The position numbers and the translations under genes are program-made. From the IMG/VR virus record IMGVR_UViG_3300045284_000309: 64,000 nt of DNA; one strand, 5' to 3'. The stretch is from an uncultured virus (IMG/VR IMGVR_UViG_3300045284_000309) (Duplodnaviria; Heunggongvirae; Uroviricota; Caudoviricetes). The notes under the pieces were generated by a model. That model worked only from the letters and a program-made list of their open reading frames with translations. It did not search any database and was not told the origin of the DNA. Below, in pieces: positions 56,601-64,000 of the stretch (positions within the stretch are counted from its first letter, which is position 1; each line of letters begins with the position of its first letter).

Positions 56601-57008
56601 TCAACCCTTTCGCTGTCGGAGGTTCTTGCACTTGCGGCATTGCCTTGTGCCGGTGTCCGGACGAATGTAGACGTTTTCATCCGAAAGCAAATGGCCATTG
56701 ACGCAATGCGTTTGTCGAGCCTTCATTGCCACGAAATTTTCACCACGTAGAAGGTTCTCCTGGTGCGTCACAGGCTCGCAGTGAAAAGGATTGGCGCAAG
56801 CTCGCTGTCTGCACAGATGGTCAAGCTCCAAGTCTTCCAGGATCGGCCCGATAACAATTTCATACATGACTCGGTGAGTCAGACACGTTCGCCCTTCGAC
56901 GCTTATCGTGCCGTAGCCCCTGTCAGACTTCGCGCCGCGCCATAGCCAGCAGTCCCATTCGCCACTGGCTACTGAAATTCCCTCCACTATACGAGCTTCC
57001 AGATTCAT
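56601..57008 (-). CDS. HNH endonuclease
   Basis: CWLWRG..GYG..HRVMY..LDHLC..CANPFHCEPVT.QEN; THCVNGH..RQCRKC. Confidence 0.92.
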   Translation of the reverse strand: MNLEARIVEGISVASGEWDCWLWRGAKSDRGYGTISVEGRTCLTHRVMYEIVIGPILEDLELDHLCRQRACANPFHCEPVTHQENLLRGENFVAMKARQTHCVNGHLLSDENVYIRPDTGTRQCRKCKNLRQRKG

Positions 57009-57048
57009 CAATGGCACCTTGCCCGCTTCTCGCAGAGCTTCCACATTT

Positions 57049-57426
57049 TCAGTAGTCGCTCGGTCGGAGGATTGTGGTCGTTTCGCGCAGCCAGACCTTA
57101 TCCGTCCAGGCCGCATCTGAAATTACCCAAAGCTCGATACCCTTGACCGTGAACGAGCTTACGATCCTTGCGCCGGATTTCACGGAAAGATCGTTCTGCC
57201 TTGCGTCGTGGGCATCGACCTCGCCCCAATCGCCGTTGACGTGGCGAAGGAGAAGACCCTGCATCGCTGTCTGAAATTCTTGCGTGTCCGGGATTGCATC
57301 GACAATCTCGTTGTAGGCTCCGCTCGCCATCGTGACGCCAGACTTGAGGATCGAAAACCGCGAGCCTGAGACGACGCTGGAATTGCGGCGGATTGCCCTG
57401 GGATCGTTCGGCCCTAGAACAGTCAT
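57049..57426 (-). CDS. Conserved mobile-element-type hypothetical protein
   Basis: LLRHVNGDWGEV..D..N..G.RI.S.F..LWVI..TTILRPSDY. Confidence 0.75.
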   Translation of the reverse strand: MTVLGPNDPRAIRRNSSVVSGSRFSILKSGVTMASGAYNEIVDAIPDTQEFQTAMQGLLLRHVNGDWGEVDAHDARQNDLSVKSGARIVSSFTVKGIELWVISDAAWTDKVWLRETTTILRPSDY

Positions 57427-57749
57427 GATGCGAACACCTTGCGGCACTCGCCCGCGATCTGAAATTCGTTGCAGCGCTCTTGCGAGCCAGCGGCACCGCA
57501 GACGTTGCAGACGACTTGACCGACCTCGGTCTGAAATGCTTCAAGCTCTCCGCGCTTCGTCGGAAACGCACCGTAGACGATGCCGGACGTGGAAACGAAA
57601 TACTCGTCCGCTTCGTCTTCGGTGTTGTAGGCCCACCATCCGGAATCGTACTGATAGCACGACGGATCGACGGGCACCCATGCGTCCAAGGCTAGCTCGA
57701 CGGTAGCACCGTCCTTGAGCGCCGCCTTGACCGTTGCGCCTGTATCCAT
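57423..57749 (-). CDS. Hypothetical protein
   Basis: GAGAGG RBS before ATG 57749; C-terminal Cys motif. Confidence 0.7.
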   Translation of the reverse strand: MDTGATVKAALKDGATVELALDAWVPVDPSCYQYDSGWWAYNTEDEADEYFVSTSGIVYGAFPTKRGELEAFQTEVGQVVCNVCGAAGSQERCNEFQIAGECRKVFAS

Positions 57750-57785
57750 GAGGATTTCCTCTCTGTCGGAAGTGTTCATGCCGAC

Positions 57786-57814
57786 AAGGTATCAGACCCT
57801 GGGATGATTGTCAA
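57786..57814 (-). promoter_or_regulatory. sigma70-type promoter with CCCAGGG box
   Basis: TTGACA-17-TACCTT. Confidence 0.8.
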
Positions 57815-57831
57815 GAGGAAATTGTAAATGT

Positions 57832-58215
57832 TCACTCGCTCATGTCCCACTTGGCGAATTCGTCTTCCAGCTTCTGAAATTCACTCTGGGCTTCGGCAAT
57901 CGTGCCGTAGATCCAGATATCACGAAAACCGCGATCATCGGTCGTGACAATCCAGCGATCAACGCGGTAGAAGTGTCCGGTACTCGGGCAATCGACGTTC
58001 CCGGAGATTTCATCGGTAAAGCCGTGCCCGTAGAAGGCTTCCAGAGCGTCCATGATCGTTTTCACGGCCGGATCCAGCTTCTGGGCCTCGGCTACGATCT
58101 GGGCCTTCGTGGTGGCAGGAGTGCGGCTCTTGAAATCAGCCGCACTCTCTGCCTCGCTCGCCCACTGATGAGCGTCCTTTGAAAACTGTGCCCAAGGATC
58201 AGGCATCGTCGTCAC
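57832..58215 (-). CDS. Hypothetical protein
   Basis: 127-aa ORF overlapping the upstream gene. Confidence 0.7.
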   Translation of the reverse strand: MTTMPDPWAQFSKDAHQWASEAESAADFKSRTPATTKAQIVAEAQKLDPAVKTIMDALEAFYGHGFTDEISGNVDCPSTGHFYRVDRWIVTTDDRGFRDIWIYGTIAEAQSEFQKLEDEFAKWDMSE

Positions 58216-58483
58216 TCATCGCTGCGGCCATTTCCTTCCGCGCCCATTGCGCGAAGACGATGGCCACCGGAGCACCCTGCATCGGCCCTGGCGCGATCCG
58301 CGTCACCTGTGCGCAGTGAAAAGCGATCAACTGCGCGATCAGGGATTCGCGATCCTCAAGCGGAAATTCGGGGTTCTCGGCAATCATGCGGTCGATGTGC
58401 TCCGTCGCAGGCCCGTCGTTCAAGACTAGCTGGCGGACTTCCGTCCAAATCTGATCGAGCATCTTATCTCTGTCGTCGCTCAT
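58199..58483 (-). CDS. Hypothetical protein
   Basis: GAAGGAG RBS. Confidence 0.7.
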   Translation of the reverse strand: MSDDRDKMLDQIWTEVRQLVLNDGPATEHIDRMIAENPEFPLEDRESLIAQLIAFHCAQVTRIAPGPMQGAPVAIVFAQWARKEMAAAMSDDDA

Positions 58484-58510
58484 GTCAATTCTCCTTCGTG
58501 TCGGAAGTTT

Positions 58511-58915
58511 TCAGAGTGAGTCGCAGGAACCGTAGATGATTGCATCGTAGTAGTAGGATGATGTGGAAAGGACGCGAAACTTGTCCGCATGGATGAAACC
58601 CATGTCCAGGACGCGGAGCTTGGTGCCCTTAGGAAGATTGAAAATCTGCCCGGTGTCATAAAGCTGCGCAAACCCCTCGCGGTCGTTCGCCGCTGCCGCA
58701 CTCGTGGCTGCATCGAAATCGTCACGGGTGACCGCAAATGTCACGTCCGGCTTTCCAACCCGCGTGACGTTGCCAGTTACACAACTGTCGCTGCTGGATC
58801 CGCTGGCGTTTGAATCGCCGCCGCCCGAAACGTGAGAGAAAACGATGATCATGAGAACGATGAAGCCGATGATGACAAGCGTTCCCTTGGTTGTATCGGA
58901 GTCCTTCTGAGTCAT
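58511..58915 (-). CDS. Membrane-anchored hypothetical protein
   Basis: N-terminal TM LVIIGFIVLMIIVF; LPKGTKLRVL SH3-like motif. Confidence 0.7.
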   Translation of the reverse strand: MTQKDSDTTKGTLVIIGFIVLMIIVFSHVSGGGDSNASGSSSDSCVTGNVTRVGKPDVTFAVTRDDFDAATSAAAANDREGFAQLYDTGQIFNLPKGTKLRVLDMGFIHADKFRVLSTSSYYYDAIIYGSCDSL

Positions 58916-58958
58916 TTGAATTACCTTCCTGTCGGATTGAATTTCCTTCGATGCAGCC

Positions 58959-58989
58959 AAGGTAGCATAATCGTCCTAGGGTCTGTCAA
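58959..58989 (-). promoter_or_regulatory. sigma70-type promoter
   Basis: TTGACA-19-TACCTT with TGn; 20 bp at and upstream of the -35 identical to 57809-57828. Confidence 0.65.
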
Positions 58990-59006
58990 GAGGAAATTGT
59001 AAAGGT

Positions 59007-60011
59007 TTACCTGTCCCACTGCCAGACCCGCTTCTTGATGATGAGTGGAGCATCGTCCGGCCCCTTCACGTAGTCAGCGATGTACTTCTGCCGGTGCATG
59101 CCCAGAGAAGGGTACCACTGGTTGCGCCAGAAGCCATGAACGATGAAACGATGGCTGAAATTCCGCTGTTCGCCCGAAGGCTCGCTCGCCTGCGTCTTGC
59201 GCCGTAGCTCGACTACCAGGATTTCACTGACCGGGAGATTGAGCCGCAGAGAATGCCTCCTGAGGCTCCGTGCGGCCTTGTAACGCGAGCGCGTGACCAG
59301 CTTCTCCCCCATGAGCCGGTTCATCACACGGATGAACAGGAGCGTCGAGGAATGCTTGCCGCCTGTCGTATCCTGCGTCCTTGAAATATCCTCCAGAGGA
59401 ACCGTGAGCGCATGAGCCACAAGCCAACTCGTCTTGGCGATTGAGTCAATTTCATGGAAGGTGTGCGAGTAGTCGTCCTCGTCATCGATGCTCGACCACA
59501 TGATAAAGCGGATACCCATTTTTACTTCCACTGAAATTTCCTCACCGGCCAGTGCCCGCTTGTTTACCTCGCGGTACTCGGCGTCACCTTTGACCTCTGA
59601 AAACGTCATCTCCTCCAGGTGCCATGAAATCGCTCTCCAGGCGACCTTCTTGCCCATCTGATCGATCACAACAAACGGCTCCTCCAGGTAGGCGAAGCCT
59701 GAGCGCAGAAAGAAATCCGACTCGACCACTGTCTCGCGCTCGTTGAAAGAATCCATTGCGTTGTAAACCAGTTCCTGCATTTCACCCGTGACGTAGATCG
59801 GCTCTGCCGCCATCATGTCGGGAAGCGCGTTGACGAAGCAAGCTGCCGACGTGCTCGCTTGAGCCGTCCCATACTTGCCCATGCGATCATCGAGCCAGTA
59901 TTTGAAATATTTTTTTCCCCACTCGGAGGAGACGAAGCCGATGATTTCATGCTGCGCGGAGAGAGCCTTCTCCCACGGCTGCGGAACGTGAGGTTGATTC
60001 ATCGCGCTCAT
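59007..60011 (-). CDS. Conserved phage hypothetical protein
   Basis: C-terminal HRFIVHGFWRNQWYPS..H...YI..YVKGP motif. Confidence 0.8.
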   Translation of the reverse strand: MSAMNQPHVPQPWEKALSAQHEIIGFVSSEWGKKYFKYWLDDRMGKYGTAQASTSAACFVNALPDMMAAEPIYVTGEMQELVYNAMDSFNERETVVESDFFLRSGFAYLEEPFVVIDQMGKKVAWRAISWHLEEMTFSEVKGDAEYREVNKRALAGEEISVEVKMGIRFIMWSSIDDEDDYSHTFHEIDSIAKTSWLVAHALTVPLEDISRTQDTTGGKHSSTLLFIRVMNRLMGEKLVTRSRYKAARSLRRHSLRLNLPVSEILVVELRRKTQASEPSGEQRNFSHRFIVHGFWRNQWYPSLGMHRQKYIADYVKGPDDAPLIIKKRVWQWDR

Positions 60012-60487
60012 GCTGCGATCCTCTCACTGATAATGAAATCTTCGAGATTGAGCCGGTTCTCGAAAATGATCGTGAGGAAGCTGCCCGACCATGAATCGTG
60101 ATAGTGCTTCATGAGCGGTTGCCAGTCAATTTCAACACCGATGTAGCTCCACTCGGTTTCATCCATCTTGACGATGGAATTTCGCCATGTCGGATCGCAG
60201 ACGATGCCATCGCGAAGCAACCAGGCGTGATGTACCGGCATGAAGCCTGAAAAGCCGTAGCCCTCGCAGTAGGTCACGTCATCTCTGAAAGCTGCGTAGG
60301 TGAGGCAGTTTGAAAAACAGCGGCCCATCGGCATCTTGCGCAGGCCGGTGCCGCGAAAGCTCGTCCACTTCGATCCTGTCCACTCTTGCCCGTATTTCAG
60401 GATCGTCCGCTCGTGGATCCCATGCTCTGGAAATCCGAGCTTGTCGTAAGCGTCTACGTGCTGCTGTAGGCAGTCTTTAGCTGTCAT
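60008..60487 (-). CDS. Hypothetical protein with Cys-His-Asp (transglutaminase-like) motif
   Basis: GRCFSNC..YCEGY..HHAW..DPTW. Confidence 0.7.
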   Translation of the reverse strand: MTAKDCLQQHVDAYDKLGFPEHGIHERTILKYGQEWTGSKWTSFRGTGLRKMPMGRCFSNCLTYAAFRDDVTYCEGYGFSGFMPVHHAWLLRDGIVCDPTWRNSIVKMDETEWSYIGVEIDWQPLMKHYHDSWSGSFLTIIFENRLNLEDFIISERIAA

Positions 60488-60752
60488 GACCGAACATTTC
60501 ATTGATCTCGCGAGAAAGGTCGGGGTTGCCGCTGTCGAACAGGGGAAGCTTCGGCTTGCGCTTGGCAAGATCGATCTGCTCGTAGTGAAATCTCCACTCG
60601 GGATGATCCTTGTAATATTTGTCGATCTCCCAGTTGACCTGAGCCTCGGTAGCGAACAGGCCCAGAACCTCGATCCCACTGAAAACGCTGTCCGTGTCGA
60701 TCACAGCCTCGGGCCGGTAGACCTGGAGAATGTATGTCTTGAGGATAGTCAC
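60477..60752 (-). CDS. Hypothetical protein
   Basis: GTG start with GAAAGGA RBS; VLGLFATE. Confidence 0.7.
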   Translation of the reverse strand: MTILKTYILQVYRPEAVIDTDSVFSGIEVLGLFATEAQVNWEIDKYYKDHPEWRFHYEQIDLAKRKPKLPLFDSGNPDLSREINEMFGHDS

Positions 60753-60775
60753 AATTTCCTTTCTGTCGGTTTACT

Positions 60776-60868
60776 GCTACCCGCCCCGCTCTCAGGAATC
60801 GAACCTGAGCCTCCACCGTATGTTTCTGGCGGCGCTCTACCTAGCTGAGCTAGAGCGGAGCGGGTAGC
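60776..60868 (-). ncRNA. tRNA-like RNA with aberrant 10-nt anticodon loop and acceptor stem extended to 16 bp
   Basis: TCCGCTC-TA-GCTC AGCTAGGTA GAGC-G-CCGCC AGAAACATAC GGTGG-AGGC-TCAGG TTCGATT CCTGA-GAGCGGG; no CCA. Confidence 0.8.
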
Positions 60869-60874
60869 CAGACC

Positions 60875-60903
60875 ACTCTATCATCCCTGGGTCGATTCGT
60901 CAA
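60875..60903 (-). promoter_or_regulatory. Promoter for the tRNA-like RNA with CCCAGGGATGA box
   Basis: TTGACG-17-TAGAGT. Confidence 0.75.
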
Positions 60904-61144
60904 GGGCAATTTCCTCGACCGTGACAATCGCTACCAGGCGAGCGTATGGAACCTCGTTCACCTTGCCGACGCGGTTGATGATTCCGTTGCGCGGGACAAA
61001 GCGAACAAACTTCTCGCCGTCGTGCTCCACGATTTCAGGCTTGTCTTGCGTGTAGTATGTAGCGGTGTCGTTCACGCTCACACCCTCGTTCACGATAACC
61101 TGAAATTCAGATGACACTATTCTCCTCTCCGACTTCCTCGGCAT
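60881..61144 (-). CDS. Hypothetical protein
   Basis: Probable start MPRKSERR with GAGG RBS. Confidence 0.65.
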   Translation of the reverse strand: MPRKSERRIVSSEFQVIVNEGVSVNDTATYYTQDKPEIVEHDGEKFVRFVPRNGIINRVGKVNEVPYARLVAIVTVEEIALDESTQG

Positions 61145-61394
61145 AGCGGGCTTCCTCGGCGGCTGCAAGCTCTTTGAATTTCCTTGCCCGCCGACGCCAA
61201 TGCCCCGCCATGAGGTTTGTCTTGCGCTTGACTTGCCCTTTTTCATGCTTGGCCATCTGCTCGTAGATCCAGCATTGATCTTTCGCATTGTCCGAGAGCA
61301 CGACTAGCTCATCGGGAATCAGGCCCAGAAGATCGACGGCAATTTCAAGATCGTCGGCCTCCTTGCTCATGCCGTGCGTGTTCCACAAACCCAT
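61107..61394 (-). CDS. Hypothetical protein
   Basis: AGGAGG RBS; TAATG-coupled. Confidence 0.7.
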   Translation of the reverse strand: MGLWNTHGMSKEADDLEIAVDLLGLIPDELVVLSDNAKDQCWIYEQMAKHEKGQVKRKTNLMAGHWRRRARKFKELAAAEEARYAEEVGEENSVI

Positions 61395-61726
61395 TACCGC
61401 TGTCCTCCTTTGAGCCGTACTGTAATTAGCCCTGCGAAATCTTCATCGGTCGGCCGGGTCGGATCGACGTTGTTCCAAGTGCCCTCGATATCGGGATGGC
61501 CCTGGATCGTCTCGCCCTTGTAAACCGTGAGGTTGACATTCTTCGGCTTGGCCGGATCGAAGAATTTCACGAAACCGATGGTCATGTCCTTGAGCGCGTA
61601 GTAGATGAAGCAGGTGAATCCCCAGATCATCCAGCCGTAGAAGATACCGGATGGCCCGTCCTCGTGAAATCCCCACCAGGCGCATAGCGCCAGAAGCGAG
61701 AGTGGAATTATCCTGTGCATTATCAT
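61394..61726 (-). CDS. Membrane protein (two TM)
   Basis: Two hydrophobic segments at the N-terminus. Confidence 0.65.
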   Translation of the reverse strand: MIMHRIIPLSLLALCAWWGFHEDGPSGIFYGWMIWGFTCFIYYALKDMTIGFVKFFDPAKPKNVNLTVYKGETIQGHPDIEGTWNNVDPTRPTDEDFAGLITVRLKGGQR

Positions 61727-61748
61727 CCCTGGGTCGATAAAAGGACTG

Positions 61749-61788
61749 AAAAAAGAGGGACGGAACCATTTCTGATTCCGCCCCTCTC
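61749..61788 (-). terminator. Intrinsic terminator after the histone-like gene
   Basis: AGAGGGGCGGAA..TTCCGTCCCTCT followed by TTTTT. Confidence 0.8.
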
Positions 61789-61796
61789 TAGGAATT

Positions 61797-62636
61797 TCAC
61801 CGGCGAGCCGTCGTCTTCTTCTTGACGGGCTTGCTGGCCGTGCTCCTGGCCGTCGTCGTCGTGGCCTTCGGCTTGTTCTTCGATCCAGGCGGACGACCGC
61901 GCCGCTTGGGTGCCGCTGCGGGCTTCTGTGCGGCCTTCTGCGGCTTTGCCTTCTGCGGGGTGGTCTTCCGGGTAGTCGAGCGCTTCGCCGTGCTCCTGGC
62001 GGCTCCTGTGGCTCCGGACTTGCGGTACGTGCCCTGAGTGCCGTACTCGGCGCGGTTGGTGGACTTCTCGTGCTGGCCCGTCTTCATCGCGAAATCCCAG
62101 GCCGTCCGTGAAATCCGGTACTGGAGCATCGTCTCAGCAGACGCTTGAGTGCGCTTGCTGCCGTCCTGCATCTTCCGGCCGACGAAATCCCAGATCTTCG
62201 GAAGCAGTGCCGTGAAAACCTTGGCCCGGTTCCCACGGTATTTCCGAAGGGACTTGACGATCAGGTCGGGCGGCGATCCGACGCGGGCGTTCCAACCGTC
62301 CGTGACGTTGAAATCCACGTCCTTGAGCATCTCACGGCCGGACTCGTCAGCGGTCGAGCGCTTCGCCTTGCCCGTCGTCGCGGACTTTGCGGCAGGCTTC
62401 GACTTGACGGCCGTCTTCGTTGCGGCCTTCGGAGGGCGACCCCGGCGAGCAGGCGTCTTGGTTGCCGTGCGAGTCTTCGTCGCGGGCTTCCGAGTCGTCT
62501 TGGTCTTGGTCGATCCACCGTTCATGAATTGCACGATGAGCGCCTGAAGCTCGTCAGCGCTTGTTGCGCTGCGAATGTCACTGGCCGGGATACCCAGCCC
62601 CTTCGCGCTCTGTCTCAGTTGTCCGAGAGTTGGCAT
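61797..62636 (-). CDS. Histone H1/HMGA-like basic protein with two AT-hook motifs
   Basis: K/A/T/P-rich flanks; ARRGRPPK and KRRGRPPGSKNK; globular middle region. Confidence 0.8.
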   Translation of the reverse strand: MPTLGQLRQSAKGLGIPASDIRSATSADELQALIVQFMNGGSTKTKTTRKPATKTRTATKTPARRGRPPKAATKTAVKSKPAAKSATTGKAKRSTADESGREMLKDVDFNVTDGWNARVGSPPDLIVKSLRKYRGNRAKVFTALLPKIWDFVGRKMQDGSKRTQASAETMLQYRISRTAWDFAMKTGQHEKSTNRAEYGTQGTYRKSGATGAARSTAKRSTTRKTTPQKAKPQKAAQKPAAAPKRRGRPPGSKNKPKATTTTARSTASKPVKKKTTARR

Positions 62637-62691
62637 CTTGTGTCTCCTGTTTTTGTTGCTTGCTTGGACTGGAAATCTGTGCTGCCCCTCC

Positions 62692-62719
62692 AGAGTAGCA
62701 GCCCAAAAGGAAATGTCAA
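62692..62719 (-). promoter_or_regulatory. sigma70-type promoter
   Basis: TTGACA-16-TACTCT with TGn. Confidence 0.7.
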
Positions 62720-63081
62720 GGGGTGGAGGAAATATTTTTTCGGTAGGAAATAATCACTGTGCCAGAGCCATTTTTCTCGTCTATCTCGGTCACGGCCGCT
62801 GCCTCGATCCCGATTCGCCCGGAGTCAATGAGCCTGGCCAGTCGAGCAGCCACGTCGCGAGCGATGTAGCCGATGTGCATGTCCGGCCGTATCTCCGTGA
62901 GAACGACTTTCAACGCATTCGGGTCGAACCGATTTTCAGGTTCACGCTCAAGCCGGATGGCCAGCGGGGTATGGTCAGCCAGTTCACCTTGAAGCTGAAC
63001 CCCGACTCTGTAGTTCATGCCGACCAGCGGAGCGTAGATATTTCTCTCTGGGTGAAATTTCTTATGCGGTGGTTTGACCAT
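62716..63081 (-). CDS. HIRAN domain protein
   Basis: LVGMNYR..LEREPENRFDPNALKV..HIGYIARDVA. Confidence 0.9.
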   Translation of the reverse strand: MVKPPHKKFHPERNIYAPLVGMNYRVGVQLQGELADHTPLAIRLEREPENRFDPNALKVVLTEIRPDMHIGYIARDVAARLARLIDSGRIGIEAAAVTEIDEKNGSGTVIISYRKNISSTP

Positions 63082-63082
63082 G

Positions 63083-63409
63083 CTATTCATCCTTGGGTGG
63101 CCGTCCGACTCGGTGGTTTCGGATGATCTCCACAATTTCATCCCTTTGGGCAGGACTCCAAAGACGGATTGCCAGCGTTCCACGTTGGACTCTCTGGGCC
63201 TCTGGAATCCTGCCCGCTCTTTCAAGCTTGCGCAACCAAGACGGATCGCAGCCGACTTCACGCGACATTTCAGCAAGGGTCAGATAGTCCTTGTACCGCT
63301 TTGGCTTGAAATATGTGATGTCTCTGGGCATTGTTCCACCTGGCTTGATGTGTGTGTTGGGAATGGCCGGTCTGCTTCGGCGTTTCTTTGTCGGCCTCCC
63401 CATTTTCAC
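63083..63409 (-). CDS. MerR-like HTH DNA-binding protein
   Basis: LTLAEMSREVGCDPSWLRKLERAGRIP..RLWS. Confidence 0.8.
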   Translation of the reverse strand: MKMGRPTKKRRSRPAIPNTHIKPGGTMPRDITYFKPKRYKDYLTLAEMSREVGCDPSWLRKLERAGRIPEAQRVQRGTLAIRLWSPAQRDEIVEIIRNHRVGRPPKDE

Positions 63410-63927
63410 TTCTTTCCATAGACGATCAGGAATGGTGCTTTTTCCTTCTCGTAGAAGGCAGGCGCGATCTCCTCTGCCGTCAACAGTCCTTCTCTGACAA
63501 CGCGATCAAGCGCGTCCTGGTCAACGGTACGCTTCGTGATCCGGTTCCAGATTTCAGAGCGTTCCGTCTTGTTCTTGAACTTCTGGCGCAGAATGAAAAG
63601 CAACGGAATCACACTGACCGGCGTGTTTGCATCAATGTCGTCACTCGATGCGATCCACGTTCCGCCATACTTGTCACGCCGCAGAAGCGCGTACGGCTCG
63701 CCCTGCCTTCCGTTGCCAAGATCGATTCTCGGAGTGTCTGTGTTCGCAGCCCAGGCCGTTGCCGCCTTTTTCATTTCAGCCGCGTCCTCCATCATCTCCG
63801 TGATCCCGTGCTCCTGCATCAGAGCCTGGACTTCCTCTTTCAGGTTTTCAGAACCGATGAGGGCTTCCCTGGCCTCCTCAACGTTCTTGACCTGAAATTG
63901 CCCGTTCTTCAGCCGCTTGAGTGCCAT
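63406..63927 (-). CDS. Hypothetical protein
   Basis: GGAGG RBS; 173 aa with helical N-terminus. Confidence 0.75.
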   Translation of the reverse strand: MALKRLKNGQFQVKNVEEAREALIGSENLKEEVQALMQEHGITEMMEDAAEMKKAATAWAANTDTPRIDLGNGRQGEPYALLRRDKYGGTWIASSDDIDANTPVSVIPLLFILRQKFKNKTERSEIWNRITKRTVDQDALDRVVREGLLTAEEIAPAFYEKEKAPFLIVYGKK

Positions 63928-64000
63928 GCTAGCTCGCTACCTCCACGGGCGTCTCGGTGTCCGCGATCATGCGGTCGATCACGTCCGCGTCAATTACGAT

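Noticed and set aside
60784..60859. Functional decoding tRNA or attP site
   Set aside because: The anticodon loop is 10 nt without U33, there is no CCA, and no integrase is present in the window.
63406..63927. Mu Gam-like nuclease inhibitor
   Set aside because: Only a vague helical and VDQDAL resemblance; not supportable without a profile search.
1..64000. Alternative genetic code or stop-codon reassignment
   Set aside because: Core genes are full length under the standard code, and all three stop codons are used as gene ends.

Overview
The window is about 64 kb of a GC-rich tailed dsDNA phage with a contractile tail. The host is plausibly a Gram-positive or actinobacterial lineage (inference). 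Nearly all genes are on the - strand. From left to right: (1) replication module with DnaE (runs off the left edge and is missing from the ORF track), HU, an SSB-like protein, primase and DnaB; (2) lysis and cell-wall enzymes; (3) baseplate, tape measure, tail chaperone with a -1 frameshift, tube, sheath and neck; (4) capsid, protease, a cluster of tiny very basic ORFs, portal, fibre genes and a GpA-type terminase; (5) a ~1 kb non-coding gap; (6) the only + strand operon, a MoxR-like AAA+ ATPase and its partner; (7) an early region of small genes with many sigma70-type promoters. No integrase or CRISPR array was seen. The most interesting signals are non-coding. A ~78-nt sRNA with its own promoter and terminator (55748-55825) is complementary to a TCCGACA-N-AAGG box over the ribosome-binding sites of about ten genes, and a candidate sponge RNA lies next to it. 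Long-range RNA stems enclose each gene of the + operon behind boxA-like motifs. TGAAAT/ATTTCA is strongly over-represented. There is a tRNA-shaped mRNA leader, and three 10-bp-periodic tracts lie about 21-22 kb apart. All product calls come from reading motifs by eye; no database searches were run.
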